Source: a virus. From it: a DNA stretch of 64,000 bases. How positions within the stretch are numbered: the first letter of the stretch is position 1; each line of letters starts with the position of its first letter. The notes beneath the pieces were generated by a model. The model did no database searches and had not been told where the DNA came from. It saw only the letters and a program-made list of their open reading frames with translations. The DNA is taken from the IMG/VR virus record IMGVR_UViG_3300049571_000582, positions 1-64,000 of that record, one strand, 5' to 3'. A program made the position numbers and the translations under genes. Shown here piece by piece: positions 10,801-18,549 of this stretch.

Positions 10801-11109
10801 GCCACTGTCGCCTCCGGCGGAACCCTGAGTCCCGACTGGTCGACGGGCACGAGCGTGGATGTGACAGCCAACGGAAACATCAATTTGGGAAACCCCACCA
10901 ACGCCGCCAACGGGGACAAGTTCGAATACCGGATCTACAACAACACGGGATCCGCCATCACCGTCACGCTCAGCGGTAGCAACATTCGCAATCCCAACTA
11001 CACCATCGCCTCCATCGCCGCGGGGAAGCAGACCAAGATCGGCATGGAGTACACCACGCTCGGGGGCGTGACGAAGTTCGATGTCATTGGCTTGGCCGAG
11101 AACTACTAA
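7864..11109 (+). CDS. Long fibre/receptor-binding protein (~1081 aa)
   Basis: TTG start after GGGGGAC; fibre motifs NLTNLNADNIASG, TFVRGDGTW, GSNTQIQYNNSG, EGMFYYDST, GWYRIA, VGIGSVPGTDKLTVGG; Gly/Ser/Thr/Asn-rich. Confidence 0.85.
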   Translation: MKKFLVDVSMSNNLTVTGASAAGTLVSSGFVYGKQLQLAGLLNNIGSGTFYTAYLGSIINQPIGGTASNVDLMIDRTETNPGSGPQYLIQARTNGTDKLTLTNNGILTVPGAVLSNSFQFIGIPGYLAGDGSGNLVVSADTGQLQLSGDDGVHVLSDLNVNGALVFDGANYATGINQLRDVEDVLIYDWASGDRLFYGSGQNLTNLNADNIASGQVAPARLATGTPSASTFVRGDGTWSPVVAGSNTQIQYNNSGAPGASSNFTFNPSNGLFTVAGNAVVNSARNSYGLILSTPVNNLSYFNVYVDPNGWGGVTLGSDSGTGQVTFSGYGGNCINNGDYWNGGGLSLGSNLPWGNGGWGLRVENASSGAAYFRGAVKFDPAAAPSSPSEGMFYYDSTAHAPKFHNGSGWITVGAGGGGSVSAPLALVGTTDAVQLSVKANATQNTNPAVFAVRNSSNSIVMSVDSSGNVVSPSFSTGSPASIADDGSGGWLISADAGGVTITGDNGLVVETYANFDQGAAFYNGADFYGGCYFDDAGISILPWSGQGGWIDMPTWGACGIGTGGPGQNAWIAYAASSNQWFPGANAGDVCYRNTAGRILIGTNSGRTPDIIVDSAGTVSMGGNASVAGTLTATVVEKVKTFTPGSTGWYRIATRSSNMSGKLLITGSGGGRQADEEIHFFVNGWESVSAINQVNSLPYGGGAVPIVDQVRASGNAGDGSTYLDIHVNVASIPLTLYLYGNNAPAFLSTPTLSPTIGPTGQSVLTVRAGLHTTAAMSCNDLTVSYGINVTGMSGPGTVAAYQFYGAAWTDLRIHNQNGGVQICGPSDGGTVGIGSVPGTDKLTVGGTVKATSLNGPLYKTDCTNGNQYITLHQTGYTSGVDFGVYNDGGWFRVGAYNNYSYMSCSTDNGSPRLTMNRGDTGGERYIRLSTGDNWGGSHFFGNFANDGTGINYYTTDTYKLLNFNGTILTVTGRVRHNVLAATVASGGTLSPDWSTGTSVDVTANGNINLGNPTNAANGDKFEYRIYNNTGSAITVTLSGSNIRNPNYTIASIAAGKQTKIGMEYTTLGGVTKFDVIGLAENY

Positions 11110-11925
11110 ATGTCCGTAACCACCTACAACACCGCAGGGACTTTCACCTGGGTCTGTCCGGCCGGCGTCACCGCGGTCACAGTGGAAAGCTGGGGCGGCG
11201 GCGGAGGCGGCGGGGCCGCGGGCGTGGATCACGGGAGCGCCATTTATGGGCAGCCCGTCAGCGGCGGCGGGGGTGGCGGGGGTGGCGGTGCACGCACCAA
11301 GTACAGTGTCACGACCGTCCCCGGGCGAAGCTACACGGTGACCATTGGTGCCGGGGGTGCTGGCTCGGCAGACCCCTTCATGGGCGACTCGGACAATGAC
11401 GTGTACGAGGGCGGCAATGATTTCGCGGAGTATGGGGGCGACACGCTCTTTGTCGACAGCACCAATGGCCAGATTATGGCTGCCGCAGAGGGCGGTGGCG
11501 GGGCCGAGACCTTCTTCGGCCTGGGGGGAGGCGGCGGATTTGCCGATTACTCATACGATCACGGCGTCACGGTCTATGGCACGCTGGTCGACTCTGCAGA
11601 TGGCGAGCAGGGCGTCACGGCCTACAACTATCTCGGCGGAGACGGTGGATCGGCCGGCGGACCGGGAGGCGGGACGGGCGGCTCGGGGGATCCCAGTGGT
11701 GGCTTTGATGACTGGGGAGGAGACTCCGGGGGATCTCCGGGAGCCGGCGGTGGCGGGGCCACTGGCGTCATGCCGGGCGATGAGCAGTATTACGGCCCAG
11801 CCTCGGAGGGCTATTCGACGCTCAGTGGGTCAGGCGGCAACGGGGCCCCTGGAAAAATGATCATCACGACAGTTGCCTCGCCGCCGCCTGGCACATCACG
11901 GTCGAATTTTCTGATGTTTATGTGA
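11110..11925 (+). CDS. Glycine-rich fibre-tip/adhesin-like protein
   Basis: GTFTWVCPAGVTAVTVESWGGGGGGG...YTVTIGAGG...GGNGAPG matches the Gly-rich domain pattern of phage adhesins. Confidence 0.8.
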   Translation: MSVTTYNTAGTFTWVCPAGVTAVTVESWGGGGGGGAAGVDHGSAIYGQPVSGGGGGGGGGARTKYSVTTVPGRSYTVTIGAGGAGSADPFMGDSDNDVYEGGNDFAEYGGDTLFVDSTNGQIMAAAEGGGGAETFFGLGGGGGFADYSYDHGVTVYGTLVDSADGEQGVTAYNYLGGDGGSAGGPGGGTGGSGDPSGGFDDWGGDSGGSPGAGGGGATGVMPGDEQYYGPASEGYSTLSGSGGNGAPGKMIITTVASPPPGTSRSNFLMFM

Positions 11926-11932
11926 GGAAACA

Positions 11933-12268
11933 ATGGGGCTTTATCCAACCCAAAACTCCGTCACGCCGGAACAGGCGGTTGCCCAGGGAATCGACAGCCT
12001 GTTGATGCAGGCAGCGCAGGCCAACAAGGTCGCGTACGAAGGGATTCGCGCCCTGATCCACCAGAATGGGGCCAAGTTCACCGCGGAGCAGGTCTATGCG
12101 GCATGGACGGCGAACACCCAGACCGGCCTGACTCCGGAGCAACTGGCAGACGCGGCCATGCTGATGAAAGCGACGCTCAATCTGTTCACGCCCGGGACGA
12201 TTGTCGATGACGTTCCCGAGGCCACCATTACTTTTCCTCAGGCACCCTTGACGCCTGCTGGCCAGTAA
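11933..12268 (+). CDS. Small protein, paralog A (possible fibre chaperone)
   Basis: Aligns end to end with 12292-12645 (LYP, TGLT..QL..AA..K, TPG.I.D..PEA..TFPQ). Confidence 0.75.
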   Translation: MGLYPTQNSVTPEQAVAQGIDSLLMQAAQANKVAYEGIRALIHQNGAKFTAEQVYAAWTANTQTGLTPEQLADAAMLMKATLNLFTPGTIVDDVPEATITFPQAPLTPAGQ

Positions 12269-12291
12269 AACACCCTTTTGTGGAGATCGTT

Positions 12292-12645
12292 ATGTCCCTC
12301 TATCCCAACGAAGCACCCAACTCCAAGGAAGAAGCCCTTGCCGCCCAGATCGATCGCTGGCTTATCAAGGCCGCCGGCGTGACGTTTGACGCGTACACCC
12401 GGATCATGCAGTTGATCAATGCCAACCCGAACTTCAAGACCGAAGCCGGCGAGTTCGATCCGGCGGCGGCATTCGCCGCGTTTGCCGCTCATACCGAAAC
12501 CGGCTTGACGGACGTACAGCTGCGGGAGGCTGCCCAGTTCCTCAAGGCACTGGTGAATCGCTACACCCCCGGCAAGATCAGCGACAGTATTCCCGAAGCC
12601 GTGGTGACCTTCCCGCAGCCCCCGGCCCCCGCGCCGGCCGCCTAA
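12292..12645 (+). CDS. Small protein, paralog B (possible fibre chaperone)
   Basis: ATG 12292 after a GGAG SD; paralog of the preceding gene. Confidence 0.75.
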   Translation: MSLYPNEAPNSKEEALAAQIDRWLIKAAGVTFDAYTRIMQLINANPNFKTEAGEFDPAAAFAAFAAHTETGLTDVQLREAAQFLKALVNRYTPGKISDSIPEAVVTFPQPPAPAPAA

Positions 12646-12665
12646 ATTCTCCAAAATCTAAACGA

Positions 12666-12695
12666 CGAAGCGGGCAGTCGCGGGACGTACCATCT
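12666..12695 (+). promoter_or_regulatory. Putative phage late promoter, copy 4 (CGAA-N18-TACCATCT)
   Basis: GAA 12667-12669 and TACCAT 12688-12693; intergenic; upstream tract TCCAAAATCTAAA. Confidence 0.7.
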
Positions 12696-12735
12696 CAGCG
12701 AGGACAAGGTTCAACCGTAAGGAAAGGCACGCACC

Positions 12736-13401
12736 ATGACCACGACGATCGAAACACCCGAAAGCACGACCCCCGCTGCCCGCGAGGCAGCGTCCTCCCA
12801 TTACTCCATTGCGCCCGATACCAAGGAAGTCCGCCAGTGGTCCGAGACCGAGGCGGCCGGGGAAAAGGGCCTTCAGAAGACGCTGGTCTACGCTGAAGTG
12901 CTCGAAGATCGGTGGAACGAACGCGTGGCCCGCGAAGGCACTGTCGTCTGGGTCAACCCCTTCGAGCCCCGCAACAAGCAAACGACCTATGCCACCCCGG
13001 AGGAATGCCAGGCGGCGATGGACGCGGGCTACAAGATGCAGATCGAGGCCGCAAAGCTCACCAAAGAGCCCGAGCACGCATGGACCCCGCAAAAGAAAAT
13101 TCTCTCTCCCAAACGCACGATCGAGGACGTGGTCCCGCCCGCCCAGGCCAAGATGATGAAAGCGGCCATGGAGGCGGCGAAGAACAACACGCCAAGCACT
13201 CCCGCCAAGGGCGGCCCCCGCACCACCAGCGTGGACGAACTCACCGCCAACCGCGTGCTCAAGATGCCCGACCACGAAGCCGTGGAGCGAATTGGCGAAC
13301 TGAGCGCCCGCGAGCTCCAGCGACTGGTTCACCTGGCGGAAGCCTATGGCAAGCGGAAAATTATGAAGGAAGCCAAGGCGAAGCTGGCCGCGGCAAACTA
13401 A
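12736..13401 (+). CDS. Hypothetical protein (221 aa)
   Basis: AAGGAAAGG SD; typical codon usage; helical C-terminus. Confidence 0.75.
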   Translation: MTTTIETPESTTPAAREAASSHYSIAPDTKEVRQWSETEAAGEKGLQKTLVYAEVLEDRWNERVAREGTVVWVNPFEPRNKQTTYATPEECQAAMDAGYKMQIEAAKLTKEPEHAWTPQKKILSPKRTIEDVVPPAQAKMMKAAMEAAKNNTPSTPAKGGPRTTSVDELTANRVLKMPDHEAVERIGELSARELQRLVHLAEAYGKRKIMKEAKAKLAAAN

Positions 13402-13420
13402 GCAGTCACAGCCTGGGGGG

Positions 13421-14098
13421 ATGATGGATTTCGATCTCAGCACACTTGTCAGTTGGGCACGCCGCGCCGGCGGCGATCGCGTGCAGCGAACCCGGGAGAC
13501 TATCTCCTCGGACGGCACCGCCACCTTCACCCTCGGCAACGACGGATTCATCACCCTCGCACGGATCCGGGTGGATGGTGACGAAGTCGACCTCTCCAGT
13601 GCGACCCTGCAGGAGAACGATGTCACCCTCGGCACCGCCCCTGTTGATGGTGCCCAGATCGACGTGATCTATGGGCTGGCCCGCTACTCCGACGCCGAAG
13701 TGATTGAGTTCCTCTGCGACGCCGCGGGGTCGGTTGCATCCGACCTGCACTTCGAATGGACGGTTTCCCTGCAGGACGCCAAGATCGTGGATCTCCCGGA
13801 AGTGGCGTTCAATGCCGCCAAGGATGATCTCGACCTTGGCATCCAGCGGTTGATCGTCCTGCAGGCGGCCCTTGCCCTTGCAAGCGACAAGGGAAATCAG
13901 GCCGCCGACGACGCGATCGTGGTTCGCGACAACAAGACGCTGATCGACACCAGCAAGGCCTCGGCGAGTTCCGAAACCTCCCTCAAGAGGTTCCAGAAGA
14001 ACTATGACACGGCCTTGCTGGCGTACCGCCGTGATCACTTCAAGCCCGCGTCCGACGGGGACCGGGGTTGCCGCGGCTCCATCTTTTACGGGTGCTAA
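13421..14098 (+). CDS. Putative head-tail adaptor/neck protein
   Basis: First gene of the neck cluster; helical adaptor-like pattern ('YSDAEVIEFL') with an inserted small beta module. Confidence 0.55.
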   Translation: MMDFDLSTLVSWARRAGGDRVQRTRETISSDGTATFTLGNDGFITLARIRVDGDEVDLSSATLQENDVTLGTAPVDGAQIDVIYGLARYSDAEVIEFLCDAAGSVASDLHFEWTVSLQDAKIVDLPEVAFNAAKDDLDLGIQRLIVLQAALALASDKGNQAADDAIVVRDNKTLIDTSKASASSETSLKRFQKNYDTALLAYRRDHFKPASDGDRGCRGSIFYGC

Positions 14099-14101
14099 GC
14101 C

Positions 14102-14599
14102 ATGGCCAGAGAGCTGATCAAGCCAAGGCACGACCGCCTGTTTCGCGATCGAATTGCGGGACTGGTTTCAAGCCTGAGCAAGAAGTCCACGGCCTTTGCG
14201 GTCAGCGAGGCCAAGAACCGCTGCACCAACTGCGTGTTCGACGAATCCCGAAAGACGTCTTCCGGCCGATACAACGGCACGGGTCCGCGGCCGTTCACCA
14301 CCAAGGTGTGCCCTGTGTGCACCGGCGCTGGCGTTGTCCCATCGGTCAAAAAGACCAAGCTCGTCGCCACCGTCACCTGGGGAGAATCAACCGTCAATGA
14401 CGGGAACATCCCGCTGCCTGAAGGCGAGCTGCCGGTCGGACATGCCGAGATCAAGGTGCTGATTGCCCAGGTCTCGATTGCGGAAAACGCCACGTACTTT
14501 CTTGTCGATGGCGTTCGGTGCGAGCGGGTAGGGAGAATCACCACCAGTGGCCTGCTGACCAAGGCCACGGGAACGTTCGTGGTGAAGATCGAAAAATGA
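14102..14599 (+). CDS. Putative head closure protein with Zn finger
   Basis: CTNC...CPVCTGAG; second gene of the neck cluster. Confidence 0.55.
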   Translation: MARELIKPRHDRLFRDRIAGLVSSLSKKSTAFAVSEAKNRCTNCVFDESRKTSSGRYNGTGPRPFTTKVCPVCTGAGVVPSVKKTKLVATVTWGESTVNDGNIPLPEGELPVGHAEIKVLIAQVSIAENATYFLVDGVRCERVGRITTSGLLTKATGTFVVKIEK

Positions 14600-15312
14600 G
14601 CGACAGCGGGGTAAAAGTTCGCATCGTCGCCGGGGGCAACCCGACGGCGGTGAGCCTCGAATCTCTCGAGCGGCTCCCCGAGATCCTAGAAGAGGAGATC
14701 GACAAGGTCATGGTCGCCGCCGGCGAGCGGATCGAGTCGAACCTTCGCGAGCTCTACGAGCGGGTGATCCGCGAGCGGCCACGCAAGGAAGGCGAGAGCC
14801 TCAAGAAAGTCGTCCTGGAATCACTGCACCACATGGTCGACAAGGTCGGCGGCGTGGTGAAGGTGGGCGTTTTCGATGAAGGCGAAGCCGAAGCCAACAC
14901 ATCGGGCCAGGAGTTCGGTGCCGACGGCCGCGGTCTCTTCCACATCCTCGAAGAGGGCTATGGTCCCAGCGAGGAGTGGGGGTTCTGCCCACTGGACCTT
15001 GCGCAGGACCTCGCCAGGAAAGCCGCCGAAGAGGGCGGACACAACCCCCAGCAGGTGCAGGCCTTCGTCGACGAAATCATCGAGAAGTTCTCCGGACGCC
15101 ACGGCGACGGGATCATGGTGGATGTCGCCAAGCCCCTGTTCTTCAAATTTCCGGATTTTGGTACCCCCCTTGAGCACGGCATTCTTCCCCACGGGGGATG
15201 GGCCGGCTGGCACGTCCTGGACACCCAGGAGGAGCCCAAAAAAGGACACTGGCTGTATTCGCTTCTCGACGAGGCGGCCGACCGGGCCTTCCGTCGACTC
15301 ACGAGGGCTTAG
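14596..15312 (+). CDS. Putative neck/tail completion protein (HK97 gp10-like)
   Basis: ATGA overlap with the previous gene; 'VKVGVF...FHILEEG' and gene position fit gp10-like neck proteins. Confidence 0.55.
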   Translation: MSDSGVKVRIVAGGNPTAVSLESLERLPEILEEEIDKVMVAAGERIESNLRELYERVIRERPRKEGESLKKVVLESLHHMVDKVGGVVKVGVFDEGEAEANTSGQEFGADGRGLFHILEEGYGPSEEWGFCPLDLAQDLARKAAEEGGHNPQQVQAFVDEIIEKFSGRHGDGIMVDVAKPLFFKFPDFGTPLEHGILPHGGWAGWHVLDTQEEPKKGHWLYSLLDEAADRAFRRLTRA

Positions 15313-15315
15313 AGC

Positions 15316-16053
15316 ATGGCGGCACGCACACGGCAACTTCAGGACTCCATCGAGTATCGACTGAGCCAGATCCTGTTTCAGCAGGGGTGGGTGATCTCCC
15401 AGGAAAACCTGTCGCTGGTCGCGGTCGCAGGCGAAGCCGACACCTACACCATCACCTCCACCCTCCCGTGGGTGTTCTTCGATGTCGCCGGAAAGAACAC
15501 CTCCGACGCCAACGTTCGGGTCTACCGCGACGGGGCCATGCTTCCCAATTCGGACTACGAGGTGGACTATCGCCTCCGCCGCATCATCATCCTCTCGCCG
15601 GCCCCGGGATCGCTGACCGCGGACATCACCACGCTCGCCTGCCACCTGTGGCGCGGCTATCCCACCGAAGAGGAGCTGGAGCTTCTGGATCTTCCGGTGG
15701 TGGCCTTCACGGTGGACGATCAGTCGACGCAGCCATTTGCCATCGGGACATCCCTGCGGCACCGGATCTATCCGCTGCAGGTGGATCTGCTGGCGGCCAA
15801 TGACACGCAGCAGGTGGACCTGGCGGATGACATCGTCGATTTTCTGATTCGCACCGGGCTCATTGACACCAGCATCTCGTCGCCGCTGCAGGACAACGGA
15901 CGCCGGAACGAGCAGTTCGACTTCGACGCCGCCTTCGTCTGCTGGATCCAGGTTGCAGGCCTTCGGGGAAAGCGGGTGGCCCCGCGACAAAACGGCAGCG
16001 AGAAGGAACGCTTCCGGTCCCTGATCACTGCGGATTTGCGGATTGTGAGATAA
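15316..16053 (+). CDS. Putative tail terminator/completion protein
   Basis: LPVVAFTV...LQVDLLA...DLADDI pattern; directly upstream of the tail tube gene. Confidence 0.6.
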   Translation: MAARTRQLQDSIEYRLSQILFQQGWVISQENLSLVAVAGEADTYTITSTLPWVFFDVAGKNTSDANVRVYRDGAMLPNSDYEVDYRLRRIIILSPAPGSLTADITTLACHLWRGYPTEEELELLDLPVVAFTVDDQSTQPFAIGTSLRHRIYPLQVDLLAANDTQQVDLADDIVDFLIRTGLIDTSISSPLQDNGRRNEQFDFDAAFVCWIQVAGLRGKRVAPRQNGSEKERFRSLITADLRIVR

Positions 16054-16061
16054 GCAGACGG

Positions 16062-16091
16062 CGAAGCCGCCGCATTGCAGCCAATAGTATC
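16062..16091 (+). promoter_or_regulatory. Putative phage late promoter, copy 5 (CGAA-N19-TAGTATC)
   Basis: GAA 16063-16065 and TAGTAT 16085-16090; intergenic, before the tail tube gene. Confidence 0.7.
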
Positions 16092-16160
16092 AGGTGTCAA
16101 TCTGCATCTGCGGCCGTGCCGCATCATCTATTTGCGAACAACTCATGTTGAGGGGGGATA

Positions 16161-17111
16161 ATGAGCACCATTTTCACTCATGAACGCGTCGACCTGGCGG
16201 CGGGCCTTCTGGCCATTCCGACGCTCCTCTGGGGTGGCAACGCTCTCCAGACGATCCAGGTGACGCGCAACACGCCGCGTAATCCGCAGCAGGCGGTCGG
16301 CTACCTCGGCGTCGTCGACTACACCCGCGGCATCGTGACCTCGGACGTGTCGCTCGACACCTTCCTCGTCGAACACAACAGCGGCGGCGAAGCGGACCTG
16401 CTCGCGTCGGCGAACTCCGCGATCAACAAGTATGCCGCCGAGACCATCACCGCCGGCACCGAGTCCTACGCCCTGACCAGCTTCGCCCTCGCGTGCGCTG
16501 CTGGCGCTCCGACGACGGCCAACTACGGCTGGATGACCGCCGGTATGGCCTCCTACCTCAAGACCAAGGCGGCCCCGGCCGTCTCCAACGGCGACGTGTT
16601 CGCCATGGTCCTTGGCGACGAAGGTTCCGGCCTCGCGCTGGTCGCCGACTGGGCCGACATGGACAGCGGCACCGTCGGCAATCAGGGCCCGACGACCTCC
16701 ACCATTCCCGTCATCCACGACGATGGCACCTCCGGCACCGTCAGCGACGCGGGCATCCCCGCCGGCGTTCAGAACGTGAACATCCAGGGCAACATCAACC
16801 GCGACAACGTCCTGGACATCCGCTCGAGCTTGCCCTGTGCGTTCATCACCACCTACCCCGTGGGCATCACGATGGACATGGAAGTCTATCAGCTGCCGGG
16901 GACCTCCGACCCCTCGACCACGCCCCCCGCCTGGAGCTACCTCAAGAGCCTGTCGATCGTCTCGGCCGCGGACGCGACCAAGATCTACGCCAAGATCACG
17001 GGCTTGGCCAAGCAGACCGAGACCGAGTCCATCGGCGTCGGCCGGTACCTGTCCTACAACGTCAACTTCCAGGGCTCCGAAATCTGGATGCCCCTCAAGG
17101 CTCTCGCCTAA
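16161..17111 (+). CDS. Putative major tail tube protein
   Basis: 316 aa, beta-rich, strong codon bias, GAGGGGGGAT SD; lies between the terminator gene and the chaperones/TMP. Confidence 0.7.
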   Translation: MSTIFTHERVDLAAGLLAIPTLLWGGNALQTIQVTRNTPRNPQQAVGYLGVVDYTRGIVTSDVSLDTFLVEHNSGGEADLLASANSAINKYAAETITAGTESYALTSFALACAAGAPTTANYGWMTAGMASYLKTKAAPAVSNGDVFAMVLGDEGSGLALVADWADMDSGTVGNQGPTTSTIPVIHDDGTSGTVSDAGIPAGVQNVNIQGNINRDNVLDIRSSLPCAFITTYPVGITMDMEVYQLPGTSDPSTTPPAWSYLKSLSIVSAADATKIYAKITGLAKQTETESIGVGRYLSYNVNFQGSEIWMPLKALA

Positions 17112-17226
17112 TCCCACCCCAACACTGCGGGGCTTCGGGCCGACAGGTCCGAGGCCCCCTTCGGCCTGGGTCTCCGCGGGCCTTAAATGCGGAGTCGGTA
17201 AAGGTTCAATTTCAAGGAGCGGACCC

Positions 17227-17622
17227 ATGGGAAACAACACCCCTGTTGTTGGCGACGACACGTCCCCTTACACCCAGCCCACCACCGAGCAGATCGCCGC
17301 TGAACTTGCGGCGTGTGCGGCAGACAAGGTGAGCCTGCAGAACGAGTTCTCGCAGGTGATTCACCGCATCATGCTCGAGGGCCTCAAGGCCATCGAGAGC
17401 GCGCTGCCCAATCACAAGGTGGCAGGACATTCCGATAACCGTCTTCATTTCGCCCTGCGCCGGCAGCTTTTGAGCCACGGCAATGACCAGAAGCGTGCGC
17501 TTCCCGAGCTGCTCAAGGCCTATCGCGTTCGGCAGGTCATGGAGCGGACCGTGGTTGCCCGCATCGGGGCCAACATCCCACCGGAGCAGACGATCATCCG
17601 CGAAGGCGATCTCCAGCAGTAA
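17227..17622 (+). CDS. Hypothetical protein (131 aa)
   Basis: ATG 17227 after an AAGGAG SD. The upstream part of the 16837 ORF call overlaps the tube gene and is not credible. Confidence 0.7.
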   Translation: MGNNTPVVGDDTSPYTQPTTEQIAAELAACAADKVSLQNEFSQVIHRIMLEGLKAIESALPNHKVAGHSDNRLHFALRRQLLSHGNDQKRALPELLKAYRVRQVMERTVVARIGANIPPEQTIIREGDLQQ

Positions 17623-17638
17623 TCACGCAGCTGCGTGA
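17623..17638. promoter_or_regulatory. Perfect 16-bp palindrome TCACGCAGCTGCGTGA
   Basis: Exact intergenic inverted repeat with no spacer, upstream of the first chaperone-like gene. Confidence 0.45.
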
Positions 17639-17673
17639 GGTTAAAGGCATTTTCAAGGAAAGAGGATCCATTC

Positions 17674-18471
17674 ATGTTCGAGACGATCGACAACAAGGAA
17701 TCGCGCGTTTTCCGGGCCAAGACCAGCGCTGGCAAGGTGGTGGGGGTCCGGATCCGCAAGGCCACGACCCGCGAGCAGGAGCTGTCGGACCTGGAATACT
17801 CCCGGTCCTACAACGAGTCGCTTTTCGCGGGCCTCCCCACCCGCGTCCGCATGACCAACAAGCTCAAGGAAGCGGGCCAGTGGACGCCCGATGACGACGC
17901 CCGCCGGGAAGAAGTTCGCGTGACCTTCGTGGCGGCGGACCAGAAGATTGGCGAAGCCAACGAGATGATCAAGAAGCTCCTGACCGTCAACGGCAAGGAG
18001 ATCACGCTGGACGAAGCGCCCGCGGACGTGAAGGCCCGCCACGCCCAGCTGGTCGCCGATCGCGACGCACAGGTGGTTTCGCGGGCCAAGGCATACACCC
18101 AACTCCTGGCGATTCGCGGCGAGATCGATTCGCTCTTCGCCCACACTGCCGACCTCCGGGCTGAAGAGTCCCAGCGGGATTTCGTCATGGCCTGCACGAC
18201 CGAATACGTCGATGTCGCCGGCGGCGAAGTGCTCAAGGTCACCGGCCGCGTGTTCGACAGCGTCGAATCGCTTCGGTCCTGCACCGACGAACTGCTGCTG
18301 GAGCGGCTCGTGTACGAGCACTCCATGTTCGATGCCGGCATGCCCAGCGAGTTCAAGTACAAGGACGAACCGGCGGATGCCGGCGATGCCACGGGCGATG
18401 GCGGCAAGGATGCCGATTCCGCCCAGGTTGCGGACAAGGCGGGCGATGGCTCCGCCGATGTCGCAGCCTAA
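17674..18471 (+). CDS. Putative tail assembly chaperone 1
   Basis: Located between the tube and TMP genes; helical; paralog of the next gene (GLPTR/GLPSR, SLFAHTA). Confidence 0.6.
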   Translation: MFETIDNKESRVFRAKTSAGKVVGVRIRKATTREQELSDLEYSRSYNESLFAGLPTRVRMTNKLKEAGQWTPDDDARREEVRVTFVAADQKIGEANEMIKKLLTVNGKEITLDEAPADVKARHAQLVADRDAQVVSRAKAYTQLLAIRGEIDSLFAHTADLRAEESQRDFVMACTTEYVDVAGGEVLKVTGRVFDSVESLRSCTDELLLERLVYEHSMFDAGMPSEFKYKDEPADAGDATGDGGKDADSAQVADKAGDGSADVAA

Positions 18472-18497
18472 GCATGCCCGCCGCCAGGCGAGTGTGG

Positions 18498-18536
18498 GCC
18501 CAGGGCACCCGTGGGGGAGTGCCCTGGGCTTTTTTA
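18498..18536 (+). terminator. Rho-independent terminator
   Basis: 11-bp stem GCCCAGGGCAC/GTGCCCTGGGC followed by TTTTTT. Confidence 0.85.
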
Positions 18537-18549
18537 TTGGGGGGCCATC

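Noticed and set aside
18526-18536. GGGCTTTTTT as a chaperone slippery site
   Set aside because: It lies after the stop of the first gene (18471) and is the terminator U-tract.
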